This document shows positions 51,901-63,846 of a stretch of 64,000 nucleotides of DNA, piece by piece. Position 1 is the first letter of the stretch; every line of letters begins with the position of its first letter. A program made the translations under genes and the position numbers. The notes under the pieces are model-generated. The model saw only the letters and a list, made by a program, of their open reading frames with translations. It had not been told where the DNA came from and did not search any database. This stretch comes from Convolutriloba macropyga (Eukaryota): contig NC_134469.1 in assembly GCF_964194025.1 (NCBI RefSeq), positions 70,556,001 through 70,620,000 of the forward strand. Direction: 5' to 3'.

Positions 51901-54900
51901 TTTTGTTGGTTTGTTATGAAGTTGCTCCACTAAATAAAGGCTAGAATGAAAAGTTGGCATCTGCTGCTTCTTTTTTGTATTTGTTTCTTTAGTTCTTATG
52001 TAGAAAAATTGCCTCTTTTATTTACTGAATGTTTGTTATTTTGCTATTGTTTTAGACAAACTTTTATTCCCTGCGGAAAACACATTCAGATTGTCAGAGC
52101 ATTTAACTCAAGGGGTAGGAAATTTCATCATGCATTATAAAGTGGGAATTTTCTTCTTGCACAATCATGTCAGCTTTTTGACCTTCTCATTTTATTCAAG
52201 TCTCACAAGATTGCGCTCAGGACATTTGCACTAATATACGTCCAGTGATAGTTTTTGAAGCTCGTGACTTGCTCGAATGAAACTATAGGCTTTGCGTTTT
52301 AATAAAAGGTTTCTTAAAGCTCCGCTTGCTTATTGTGTTTTGTTCACTTTTACCTATTCTTCCAATGCTGGACTTCTGATGCTGTAACTCAACTAAAGTT
52401 TTTATAAATATCTTGTATAATGACGGTTCCTGTTTTTTTTCTGTTTTTACCCGCTATTCGTTAAGTTTTCACTCCTGTAGTTGTCAATTCGATTTTGCAA
52501 GCTATCGCCGTCCATCAATCAATTCACCCCATTTAAATAGTAGTAGTGGCCAAGGCTTTTATTGGCAACTGAGAGATGAAACGGATTATTGACTGCTTTT
52601 AATGGATGCTTCATCTTTTCAATTGCTTTTAATACTGGAGTCTTATAATACCTTTGATGAAATTTTTGTTTTCGCTTTTTTTTTGAAATTCCGAATTTTG
52701 TTTGGATTTGATTTGGTCGGTTTTACAGACAAATCGTTGTATTGTTGAAAGTTTCTTAGAAGTTGCTCTTAAGATTTTTGTTGGTTTGTTATGAAATTGC
52801 TCAACTAAATAAAGGGTAGAATGAAAAGTTAGCATCTGCTGCTTCTTTTTTGTATGTCTCTTTTGTTCTTATGTAGAAAAATTGCCTCTCTATTATTCAC
52901 TGAATCTTTTTTATTTTGCTATTGTTTTAGACAAATTTTTATTCCCTGCGGAAAACACATTGAGATTGTCGGAGCATTTAACTCTAAAGTGGTAGGAAAG
53001 TTCATGATGCATTGTAAAGTGGGAATTTTTTTCTTGCACATAATCATATCAGCCTTTTGACCTTCTCATTTTATTCAAGTCTCAACAAGATTCCGCTCAG
53101 GACATTAGCACTAATATACGTCCAGTGATAGTTTTTAGAAGTTTGTGACTTGCTCGAATGAAACTATAGGCTTCGCGTTTTAATAAAATGTTTCTTAAAG
53201 CTGCGCTTGCTTATTGTGTTTTGTTCACTTTTACCTATTCTTCCAATGCTGTAACTCAACTAAAGTTTTTTATAAATATCTTGTATATTGACAGTTCCTG
53301 GTTTTTTTCTGTTTTTACCCGCTGTTCGTTAAGTTTTCACTCCTGTAGTTGTCACTTTGATTTTGCAAGCTATCGCCGTCCATCAATCAGTTCACCCCAT
53401 TTAAATAGTAGTAGTGGCCAAGGCTTTTATTGGCAACTGAGAGATGAAACGGATTATTGACTGCCTTTAATGGATGATTCATCCTTTCAATTGCTTTTAA
53501 TACTAGAATCTTATAATGCCTTTGATGATATTTTTGTGTTCGTTTTTTTTTGAAATTCTGAATTTTGTTTGGATTTGATTTGGTCCGTTTTACAGACAAA
53601 TCGTTGTATTGTTGAAAGTTTCTTAGAAGTTGTTCTTAAGATTTTTGTTGGTTTGTTATGAAATTGCTCCACTAAATAAAGGCTAGAATGAAAAGTTGGC
53701 ATCTGCTGCTTCTTTTTTGTATTTGTTTCTTTAGTTCTTATGTAGAAAAATTGCCTCTTTTATTTACTGAATGTTTGTTATTTTGCTATTGTTTTAGACA
53801 AACTTTTATTCCCTGCGGAAAACTCATTCAGATTGTCAGAGCATTTAACTCAAGGGGTAGGAAATTTCATCATGCATTGTAAAGTGGGAATTTTCTTCTT
53901 GCACATAATCATGTCAGCCTTTTGACCTTCTCATTTTATTCAAGTCTCAACAAGATTGCGCTCAGGACATTTGCACTTATATACGTCCAGTGATAGTTTT
54001 TGAAGCTCGTGACTTGCTCGAATGAAACTATAGGCTTTGCGTTTTAATAAAAGGTTTCTTAAAGCTCCGCTTGCTTATTGTGTTTTGTTCACTTACCTAT
54101 TCTTCCAATGCTGGACTTCTGATGCTATAACTCAACTAAAGTTTTTATAAATATCTTGTATATTGACGGTTCCTGGTTTTTTCTGTTTTTACCCGCTGTT
54201 CGTTAAGTTTTAACTCGTGTAGTTGCCACTTTGATTTTGCAAGCTATCGCCGTCCATCAATCAGTTCACCCCATTTAAATAATAGTAGTGGCCAAGGCTT
54301 TTATTGGCAACTGAGAGATGGAACGGATTATTGACTGCTTTTAATGGATGATTCATCTTTTCAATTGCTTTTAATACTAGAATCTTATAATGCCTTTGAT
54401 GATATTTTTGTTTTCGTTTTTTTTTGAAATTCTGAATTTTGTTCGGATTTGATTCGGTCCGTTTTACAGACAAATCGTTGTATTGTTGAAAGTTTCTTAG
54501 AAGTTGTTCTTAAGATTTTTGTTGGTTTGTTATGAAATTGCTCCACTAAATAAAGGGTAGAATGAAAAGTTGGCATCTGCTGCTTCTTTTTTTGTATTTG
54601 TTTCTTTAGTTCTTATGTAGAAAAATTGCCTCTTTTATTTACTGAATCTTTGATAGTTTTTGAAGCTTGTGACTTGCTCGAATGAAACTATAGGCTTCGC
54701 GTTTTAGTAAAAGGTTTCTTAAAGCTGCGCTTGCTTATTGTGTTTTGTTCACTTTTACCTATTCTTCCAATGCTGTAACTCAACTAAAGTTTTTTATAAA
54801 TATCTTGTATATTGACAGTTCCTGGTTTTTTCTGTTTTTACCCGCTGTTCGTTAAGTTTTCACTCCTGTAGTTGTCACTTTGATTTTGCAAGCTATCGCC

Positions 54901-55814
54901 GTCCATCAATCAGTTCACCCCATTTAAATAATAGTAGTGGCCAAGGCTTTTATTGGCAACTGAGAGATGAAACGGATTATTGACTGCTTTTAATGGATGA
55001 TTCATCCTTTCAATTGCTTTTAATACTAGAATCCTATAATGCTTTTGATGAAATTTTTGTTTTCTTTTTTTTTTGAAATTCCGAATTTTGTTTGGATTTG
55101 ATTTGGTCCGTTTTACAGACAAATCGTTGTATTGTTGAAAGTTTCTTAGAAGTTGCTCTTAAGATTTTTGTTGGTTTGTTATGGAATTGCTCCACTAAAT
55201 AAAGGGTAGAATGAAAAGTTGGCATCTGCTGCTTCTTTTTTGTATTTGTTTCTTTTGTTCTTATGTAGAAAAATTGCCTCTCTATTATTCACTGAATCTT
55301 TGTTATTTTGCTATTGTTTTAGACAAACTTTTATTCCCTGCGGAAAACACATTGAGATTGTCGGAGCATTTAACTCTAAAGTGGTAGGAAAGTTCATGAT
55401 GCATTGTAAAGTGGGAATTTTCTTCTTGCACATAATCATATCAGCCTTTTGACCTTCTCATTTTATTCAAGTCTCAACAAGATTGCGCTCAGCACATTAG
55501 CACTAATATACGTCCAGTGATAGTTTTTAGAAGTTTGTGACTTGCTCGAATGAAACTATAGGCTTCGCGTTTTAATAAAAGGTTTCTTTAAGCTCCGCTT
55601 GCGTATTGTGTTTTGTTCACTTTTACCTATTCTTCCAATGCTGGACTTCTGATGCTGTAACTCAACTAAAGTTTTTATAAATATCTTGTATATTGACGGT
55701 TCCTGGTTTTTTCTGTTTTTACCCGCTGTTCGTTAAGTTTTCACTCCTGTAGTTGTCACTTTGATTTTGCAAGCTATCGCTGTCCATCAATCAATTCACC
55801 CCATTTAAATAGTA
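42939..55814. repeat. Tandem array B: ~868-878-bp unit, 15 copies (copy 14 lacks ~225 bp)
   Basis: GCAACTGAGAGATG starts at 42939, 43816, 44690, 45564, 46438, 47312, 48186, 49063, 49938, 50813, 51691, 52565, 53433, 54307 and 54956. Confidence 0.97.
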
Positions 55815-56088
55815 ATGGTTGGTATTCTTTTTTACAAGAAATTGACAAATTTGGGCCGATGGACTAGTTGGACAAGATTTTAGGCCTACGCATTTTACTG
55901 ATTTTCAGGCATCCAAGTTTCCCTTTAAAATTTCCGAAACGTGATATGTTCTGTTCATTCCGTGAGCAATATCCTGGTATTTGTGGCGCGGTCGATGGTA
56001 AACCCATTGATAATCTGAATCATTTCATTAAGTTCGTTTCAGATCTTGCCATTATCCTGAATTGATGTTGACTAGGTGACTTTCAAAT

Positions 56089-57912
56089 ATGCCAAACATT
56101 GAGGTTACGCCTTTGGGGGCGGGCCAGGATGTTGGGAAGAGTTGTATTCTAGTCACGATTAATGGGAAGAACATAATGCTAGATTGTGGAATGCACATGG
56201 GTTTCGACGATGAAAGACGATTCCCCGATTTTAAATACATCACGGACACAAATTTGAACGGGTACCTCGACTGTGTATTAATATCACATTTTCATTTGGA
56301 CCATTGTGGATCATTGCCTTTCATGTCTGAGGTTGTGGGATTTGATGGGCCTATTTTCATGACGCATCCAACCAAAGCTATCTGCCCTATATTGTTGGAG
56401 GACTACAGAAAAGTGACTATGGACAAACAAGACAAGCGTGTGAAACCAATCGACCCTGAAAAGTTTTTCACGTCACAAAATATCAAGGATTGTATTAAAA
56501 AAGTGAAAGTCATTGGCCTGCATCAAACCATAAAAGTGGACGATGAATTAGAAATTAAGGCTTACTATGCTGGACATGTGTTGGGAGCTTGCATGTTTCT
56601 TATAACAGTTGGCTCAGATAGTGTTCTCTACACTGGCGACTACAATATGACAGCTGACAGACATTTAGGAGCTGCATGGGTTGATAAATGCAGACCTACT
56701 GTTTTGATAACTGAGTCGACGTATGCCACCACAATTAGAGATTCCAAACGAGCCAGAGAGCAAGACTTTTTGAAAAAAGTGCATGAAGTTGTCGACCGAA
56801 ATGGGAAAATTTTGATCCCCGTTTTTGCATTGGGTAGAGCCCAAGAGTTGTGTATTCTTTTGGAGAGCTACTGGGATAGAATGAATATAAAAGCTCCTAT
56901 CTATTTCTCATTGGGTCTTGTTGAAAAGGCCAACCACTATTACAAGTTGTTCATTCCGTGGACTAGCCAGAAAATCAAAAGCACCTTTGTGGAGCGGAAT
57001 CTGTTCGAGTTCAAATATATTAAGCCATTTGACCGTTCGTACACTGACAATCCTGGACCAATGGTTGTTTTTGCATCTCCAGGCATGCTCCACGCGGGGC
57101 AATCTCTGAATATTTTTAAAAATTGGGCTCATGATGCGAACAACATGGTTATAATGCCCGGATACTGTGTAGCTGGCACTATAGGTCATCAGATATTGAA
57201 TAATGCTAAACAAGTGACAATCGATGGAAAGCGGATCAATGTCAATATTAAAGTTGAATACATGTCATTTAGTGCTCACGCTGATGCGAAAGGTATAATG
57301 CAGCTCATTTCTAACACAGAGCCAAAAAATGTCCTTCTAGTACACGGCGAAAACGACAAAATGAATTTCTTGAAGCGTCAAATTGAAAAAGAGTTCAAAA
57401 TCAACTGCTTCAAACCTGCAAACGGTGAATCGGCCTCCATCGAAACGTTCCCCGATTTGAGTGTCAATATGAGTTGTGAAACATATCGACAAGAATGTCT
57501 TGAATATACAAAATTTGGGGCTAAAAAGCCAAGAATTTTTCGGGGTGCAATTGCTGTTCGGGAAGACGGTGCCCTTGAACTCCAAGACACAAAGCAATTT
57601 GCAGAAGAGAAAGGACTGAAAGGTCACAAGGTCAGATTCACGTCATCAGTTGGACTGAATGAAGATTTTGATTCAATTACGAATTTGGAAACCCAAGTAT
57701 ACGATCTGTTAAAAAGCTCCCTAGCTGATTTCGACTCTTCAATTATCTTTTCAAACTCAACTCTTGATAGGTCAATATCACTGAATAGTCATCTGGTAGT
57801 TAAAATTTCTTCAGTACGAGAATTGATTGTGTCTTGGCCTTTTGAAATGGATGACTTAGGCCAGGAAGTTGTGAAAATATTGAATACTATTGATGAAGAT
57901 GGAATTGTTTGA
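56089..57912 (+). CDS. INTS11: Integrator complex subunit 11 (MBL/beta-CASP RNA endonuclease), coding sequence intronless
   Basis: N-terminus [38 protein letters not shown] is INTS11-type rather than CPSF3-type. Also [46 protein letters not shown]. 607 aa, open. Confidence 0.97.
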   Translation: MPNIEVTPLGAGQDVGKSCILVTINGKNIMLDCGMHMGFDDERRFPDFKYITDTNLNGYLDCVLISHFHLDHCGSLPFMSEVVGFDGPIFMTHPTKAICPILLEDYRKVTMDKQDKRVKPIDPEKFFTSQNIKDCIKKVKVIGLHQTIKVDDELEIKAYYAGHVLGACMFLITVGSDSVLYTGDYNMTADRHLGAAWVDKCRPTVLITESTYATTIRDSKRAREQDFLKKVHEVVDRNGKILIPVFALGRAQELCILLESYWDRMNIKAPIYFSLGLVEKANHYYKLFIPWTSQKIKSTFVERNLFEFKYIKPFDRSYTDNPGPMVVFASPGMLHAGQSLNIFKNWAHDANNMVIMPGYCVAGTIGHQILNNAKQVTIDGKRINVNIKVEYMSFSAHADAKGIMQLISNTEPKNVLLVHGENDKMNFLKRQIEKEFKINCFKPANGESASIETFPDLSVNMSCETYRQECLEYTKFGAKKPRIFRGAIAVREDGALELQDTKQFAEEKGLKGHKVRFTSSVGLNEDFDSITNLETQVYDLLKSSLADFDSSIIFSNSTLDRSISLNSHLVVKISSVRELIVSWPFEMDDLGQEVVKILNTIDEDGIV

Positions 57913-58799
57913 TTGCTTTCGGCTAAAAGTTTATTTTTTCACAATGACGTTTCTCGGTTTCTTTCCTTGATTTAAGAGCAATTCCAGACTCAACGCAATT
58001 CAATGTACCTGTTGCAAAAAAGTTTGAAGTTTACAATGACTGAAGTTCGCTTCATGTTTCATAGAGCGGACTTTAAGATCTCACTAAGGGGAGACAGCAT
58101 AAATCATTCATTTTGCTTTGTTTCTGCATCGAAGGCCTGCATTTTGTTAGTCAATGTCTTTTCTCATAAATGATTTTTGCTAAGGTTCTGCTGATCACTA
58201 TGGTTTCCGATCTTTGATATTTGCTGACAGCCCAAGTAGATCGTGGTTTCTTTCTGAGCTCACCAAATGCAGCGCACATTTTACTATAATTGTCCTCTTA
58301 TAGCGGAATTCCTGCTATGGATGAAATGGGATCAGTTTTATCTTTCTGAGTTGATTTATTGGATACGTACTTCTTTTCCTTCATTTTCCCCATACAAGCT
58401 GAAGGTTGGCGTAATTGGGCTAATCTTTTTGCAGAGATCGGGTTTAGTTTTATCCGTTGTATCTCATTTATTGGAGCCTATTATGACTAAAGGGAAAGCG
58501 AAACACTTGGGTACGCAACCCGACTAGCCGTTCATCATAAGTTATGCTTAACGTCAGTTACACCGATGCAGATAGCAGTGTTAGTCCGCTATTTGTTTGT
58601 TTTGTTCCTAGTTTACATTGAAAACTATGCTATTATTCCTAACTATTCGGTATTTTGAAACTGAATCAGTTAAATTCAAATTGGACTTCAATTTTGTAGT
58701 GATATAAGCGATTTTTTGGTTTCAGTTACTCAATACTGCTTCAATGGAAGCTTTTCTTCCCCCGGAAGAATGCTATACAAGATGTAATTTTAGTTTAAA

Positions 58800-60913
58800 A
58801 TGTCACAAAAAGGAGTCTTAAATACAGGAGGAGCAACAAGTAGCATTGACCTGCCTACAGGTTGGAAGAGGGAAGAGAGACCACAAAAGACAGGAATCAT
58901 GGGATCCAAAACAGAGGTTGTCTACATATCTCCTGAAAATGCAGAAGCCAAATCCTTAGGTAGCTTGCAAAAGCTCCTGCCAAACTTTGATTTTGCCTAC
59001 TTTGACTTCAAGAGTGGAAGGTCACTAAGACCCGAAGCAAGGAAGCTTCGGCAGAAGCAGAGAGAGATTGTCAAGGTTAGTGTCTGAAATTATGACCGGA
59101 TTGAGAACTTTTAGATATCTTAGCAATCCGATTTTGTGAACCATCATTGGAAAACAATTAGGAAAATGATGTTTTTCATCATTTGGAAGACAATTAGAAA
59201 TAATGAGATTTGCTTGCCTTCCCTTTTATCAAAGAAATTAGCTCTTGCAGCTATTCAAAAATAAAGGCCGAGTAATCTCTAATCATATAATCGCTGGCTG
59301 CGAATCAATTGAATCATGTGTGCTGTGTCCAAAAGGGTCGAGTTTATAGGCTTTTTAGGGTTTTTCCAATAGGTTCCAATAGAGTTTTTCCAATTACTTG
59401 GAGCCAAATTTTTTCACTTGTTTTGGTAAAAGTTTTCAACGTTTGAACTTCTCCCATATTTTCGCTAATTGGTGCGGAGAACTCAAAACTCTGCGGTCTA
59501 TAGTCAAAATTTTCCATTGCAAATGTCATTCAAAATAGCTGAAATCTGTGGGCACCGTATTGGTACAGAAGATCGAAGCAGACTTTCTAAAAATTAATTG
59601 ACCCAATGGTTGATACCTTTCCTAAATATCACTGCTCAAAGGCTGGCACAGCTTACCACAGGAACTCAAAACTGATAACCGAATCTTATTCAAAAAGAAA
59701 TATATGTTTACAGATAAATTTAAACGAGCAGTTTTCCGTTTGTGTCTGCGTAAATATATATGACCACTGTTCAAAGTTTGATTTTAGCTGTTTCTAAGGC
59801 TAAAAAACTAAAATTTTTAACAGTTATTGGTTTTCTCATTTGTTTTCGTACGCCACATAGTAAAGGAATAACCCACAGATGTAAGAGCAAGTCGCGCGAC
59901 AATGGAATTAAGATTCAGCTCATATCTGCTATTTCGCAAGATCGTTTTCTCTTGCTTGAGCATTCGAATTGATTTAAGGTAACATAATTAAATGTGTTAT
60001 ATAGGAAGGTGTTTCTTTTCCCAAACGCACCATATCTAGTGGAAGCATCCTGAACAAAGTCAGCCAATCTGTCACCTATCTCGGTGATCATGAGACCTCC
60101 GAAGTAAGAGTCACAGCGGGCCAGAAGACATACCGTCGCAAACCGAGACAGATATTTTGGAGTAAAAGGTTATCCAGGCAACAGCCTCGACCTGTGAAAA
60201 GCTGTGCTGAAATTGACAACAACAACTCCACCTCATGTACAACCACTCAAGTCGACTGCAATTTAAGTGAGTAATTGGAAAATTTTCCGAGCATCTGATT
60301 GTGTGGTATTTAATGGCTCATTTGACTCAAGTGAAACCACGAAACATTTTAAGAGGTTTACAGCGCTTTTCTGGGCGGATTTTTCTTTACTAAAGATGAA
60401 ATAACCTCAAGAGTGAATTAAAGATGCCCCGTGTCTAATTTTGCCACCTCACTCAAAACTGCATGTAAGATGGGGGCTATTTTCGTATCCAATTGAATGA
60501 ATACGAGTGTTGTTACTTGGTTATAAATGTCGGCTTTACTAAACTATTATAGATAGGATTAGTTTTAAAATTAATCCCTTCATACTGTTGCTCTCTGCTC
60601 CCTTTGCCGATCAAGATTTAGAAGTTTACCTTTTTATTCCCAATAAGTCCTTCTTCTGTAACCCTGATTATACGAACATTACGGTAATGGAGGCAGAGAA
60701 ATTTTTTGACCGCTAAGTTTTACACGACGATATAGATTGAATATTTATTGTATTGGGAAAGAAATGTGCATTTCAGACTACGAGCTGCCAGAGGCAATCA
60801 AGCCTCTACTGGAGACGCCAGCTGATGTTGTCCTGTCAAGTACAGTGGGTTGTCTCCACTACACCAGTCAGCAAGAGCTACACATTGTTGGGCAACAGCC
60901 CAACCATTTTAAG
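58800..60913 (+). CDS. MBD2/3: MBD2/3-like protein (NuRD subunit); exons 58800-59075, 60005-60266, 60777-~60913; 3' coiled-coil exon not identified
   Basis: Exon 1 has the MBD fold LPTGWKREE..G..K.EV.YISP...FDFKSG. Exon 2 reads FPKRTISS...SQSVT..DH...KPRQIFWSKRLS (cf. PRQLFWEKRL). Exon 3 reads ELPEAIKP...VLSSTVGCLH...IVGQ (cf. LLSAVASALH..PITGQ). GT-AG introns in phases 0 and 1 keep the frame. Confidence 0.85.
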
Positions 60914-61439
60914 GTCACTCAATCTATCTTCATAATATTGCTACTCTTATCATCAGAAAAAGCAGTATTTATAAAGTCCCGGTTGATTACCGACGCGTAG
61001 TTACAGCAATCATAATTAGGCTGTAATATTCGTAGTATCACGAATTTTATAATAGTGCATTATGACGACGTCGGCTACATCTATGCCGAACATCACAAAT
61101 TGTGGGTAAAAGCGGTAAGTAACCGAAGCTATTTAGCTGTTGTAGAGGTTTTTGGCCCGTCTCTTCACATTATTGCGCAGTTAAGAACTTTACGCCAGCC
61201 AGGTTTTCGTTCTATATGCCCTGTAAAGTATTTTGTACACAGATGCAAAAGAATTATGAACAAGCACTTGAATAACAGCCAGTCCCTGATAAGGCTATCA
61301 ATTTTTTTGTATCTTGTAAAAAAATGTTGGTTTGTTGTTTTAAAACTATTTCAGTTTTTCAACTTAGGTACCCGAAGCTATAGGTATATTGAATGGAACT
61401 TCTAATAGATAAATGCAACTTTATTTAGTGTTTTGTCTG

Positions 61440-61800
61440 GCTTTTCAACGGCGGGCTCAAAGAGCGCCAAAATTTGATCTTCATCGTTCAAAAGAGAGAT
61501 TCTTCATTGTTTTCAACTTTTCTTCCTTGAATTCTTTTTAACGGCCAAGGTGCTCATGTTCTGTATGAAAGATACCTTAGTTTGCAAATTCTTCCGATGA
61601 TTATCTGAGACTGGATTCTTATTCTATCAAACAGTTTGATGAGCTTCGGATTGTTTCGGTAGGTGTTGTCTTGATTGCTCTCAACTTTTTGGTTGAGAGA
61701 GAACAACCTAATGTAATTTGTCCTCGATATTAGCCTGAGATAGCTGGACAAGAAGCTTTACTTGCTCAACGTATACTTGGCTGGAGAAATGAAGACATGG
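61440..61800 (-). pseudogene. Possible LINE ORF1 remnant
   Basis: IRLFSL...NPKLIKLFDR..QIIIGRICKLRYL loosely resembles the RLG..RPILVKF..KL pattern of CR1-type ORF1. Confidence 0.25.
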
Positions 61801-61849
61801 GGAAAGGAAAAGAACGAGATAATGGGTTGTAAGTGATGCCCAAGTTCGA

Positions 61850-61923
61850 GACCAGTTGGTGTAATGGTTAAGCACACAAGGCTTGCAAGTAAGAGATAAC
61901 TGGTTCAAATCCAGTACTGGCCC
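61850..61923 (+). pseudogene. tRNA-like sequence (pseudogene or SINE head), isotype uncertain
   Basis: GACCAGT/ACTGGCC acceptor stem, TGGTGTAATGG A box and perfect T arm ACTGG-TTCAAAT-CCAGT. The anticodon stem does not pair. Confidence 0.6.
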
Positions 61924-61984
61924 GTTTTCACTCTAGGTGCACCTGCTGAGATAAACATAATATCAAACGACGTTAATAGCATTT

Positions 61985-62892
61985 ATTATAGCTGCGAAGC
62001 TGTAAGCTGAGCGTAGCTATATTGCGGTGCTCTTGGTTTTTTACAATTCAAAGAATTTGAATTGTATTGGGGCGCTGTCTTTTTTTTTAAGATCTGTTCA
62101 CACATTTTCATGATTTTTGAAGTCAAATTGGAGTAGTGATTTTGGTCACGCCGAAACAGGAAGTGGAGCGAAAAAGCGAGTGGTTTTGCGGCGTGAAATT
62201 TTTTCGCTCTAAATTTAAAGTAGAGTCAGAAAACGCTGTTTGAACAAAAATTCGCTTTCTAGTTAGTGGATTTTTGTTCACTTTGATTTTTACTGTTTTT
62301 TCAATTTTTTGGATCGGACTTTTTTCTAAATGGTTTTCCCAATCCATTCATAGTCCGTTCTAGGTCTAGTTTCTGTTTAGTCAATGAAAATTCTTTGAAT
62401 TGTACGTCAGGACTTGTCCTTCTATGTTTTTTTTGTTTCGTCGTCTGACGCTCTTTTTTCGTTTTACATTTGTTCACACAGCAAAGCTGAAAAGTCAAAT
62501 TTTCTGAATGACTTCTTCCTCTCACTAACAGCATTTGCGCGCGTGTCGTCATTTCTCACTCGCTTTAGCGAAGGTTTTTAGGTTATTTGCGTGATTAGAT
62601 TTTGATCATACGTGACTTACCTCACTCAATAAAATGACTTTTGCACTTTAAAACTTGTTTAATTTGAATTTGTGTAAGGTCAAAGGAACTCATATATGCA
62701 GTAAAGGTCCCGAATAAGAAGCTTCTGTGGAATGAATTTTAACAAGCTTTATTAATTTATCGCTGAATGTTTTTTAGCCTAATTTTTTGAGCGGCGTCGA
62801 TTTTTTCAATTTAGATCTGTATTTGTTTCTATCTCTATTATATGGCACGCAGGTCTTTTCGCAGCTATTCCGGCAATTTTGCCGGCTATGTT
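61985..62892 (+). mobile_element. Helentron-associated non-autonomous element (HINE/DINE-1-like), structurally complete
   Basis: 5' ATAGCTGCGAA (61988-61998) with a nearby inverted copy CGTAGCTATA (62012-62021). 3' perfect subTIR TTCGCAGCTAT (62858-62868), hairpin CCGGCAA-TT-TTGCCGG (62870-62885), then CTATGTT. T-rich ends. Confidence 0.75.
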
Positions 62893-63491
62893 ATTAGTCC
62901 TGCTGATTCTCCTGCAATTTTTTGTACATCTGACGTTTCGTCTGAGTTTTTTCTGACCATTTGACTTTTGTCATTAGATACAAGATAAGCAGGTTAACAG
63001 GCGTTAATTCGCTGAGGTGCTCTCTCTGAGATTTACTAGTCTCGAATGTTACACTCACCGAACCTACTGAGACGAAAAACCCATCTCATTCCTGTCCTAA
63101 CAGCACTCGACCCTTCTTGAAACAGCGCTTGTCTGATTTGGCTATTGAGTGACTGAATTTCAAATAAAATTTAGTTTACTTTTCAATTTAAGTTGTAATG
63201 AGTTTTATAATATGCTCGCCAAGATAAAATTTGAGGCAGCCTGATTAATTGCTCCTAATGAAGTTTGAATCAATTATTGTAAACGTGTCTTTTTGATTTT
63301 GGGTGCAATTTTTTTGTTTGGCCGGTGTTGCGCTTTTGTTCTAGAACATTTTTCGACTTCTTGAATGGCTTTTGAATCAATGGATGTTAAATTCGCGTCT
63401 GAGTTCTTCATTTTTGAGTGATCTAAGATGCTCTTTTTGATGTAAATTTTGTTGCTAATTTAGAAGCGATTGTTAGCGAAAGAGAATCAAC

Positions 63492-63567
63492 GCCCGTGTA
63501 GGTTAATGATTAAGATGTCGAACTGGCATCCTGGAGGTCCGGGGTTTGAAACCCTGGCGTTTTTTGC
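63492..63567 (+). pseudogene. Degenerate tRNA-derived sequence/SINE head
   Basis: TAGGTTAATGATTAAG A-box-like and GGAGGTCCGGGGTTTGAAACCCTGG T-arm-like. Confidence 0.4.
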
Positions 63568-63846
63568 ACCCATAAAACTTTTCTAAGCTACTTCCACTCT
63601 AATTTCAATTTCCCTCGCATGTCGTTCGAGGTTAGTTAGCTCAGTTCCTCTGACGTTATGTTTTACATTTACCCACGCTTTGAATTCTCTTAAGATCTCT
63701 CGCTCGACCCAGATTGTATGACGTCAGTGTGTTTTATGGGTTGTTCCGATGATTTGCGACAAAAGAAAGATGTGTTTCTGTGGTTAATAGAAAATGCTTA
63801 AACTTTTGACAAGTGAATTGGAGTCACTTTGTTTAAATTATGAGTG

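Noticed and set aside
33039-55452. Recurrent 60-95-aa ORFs in both arrays as a peptide gene family
   Set aside because: Mostly non-ATG starts, and frames are opened and closed by homopolymer indels between copies, so there is no coding constraint.
28851-55814. CRISPR-like array
   Set aside because: Units are near-identical along their whole length with no unique spacers, the context is eukaryotic, and there are no cas genes.
56089-57912. CPSF3 (CPSF73) or bacterial RNase J identity
   Set aside because: GQDVG, DCGMHMG and RRFPDF are INTS11 signatures.
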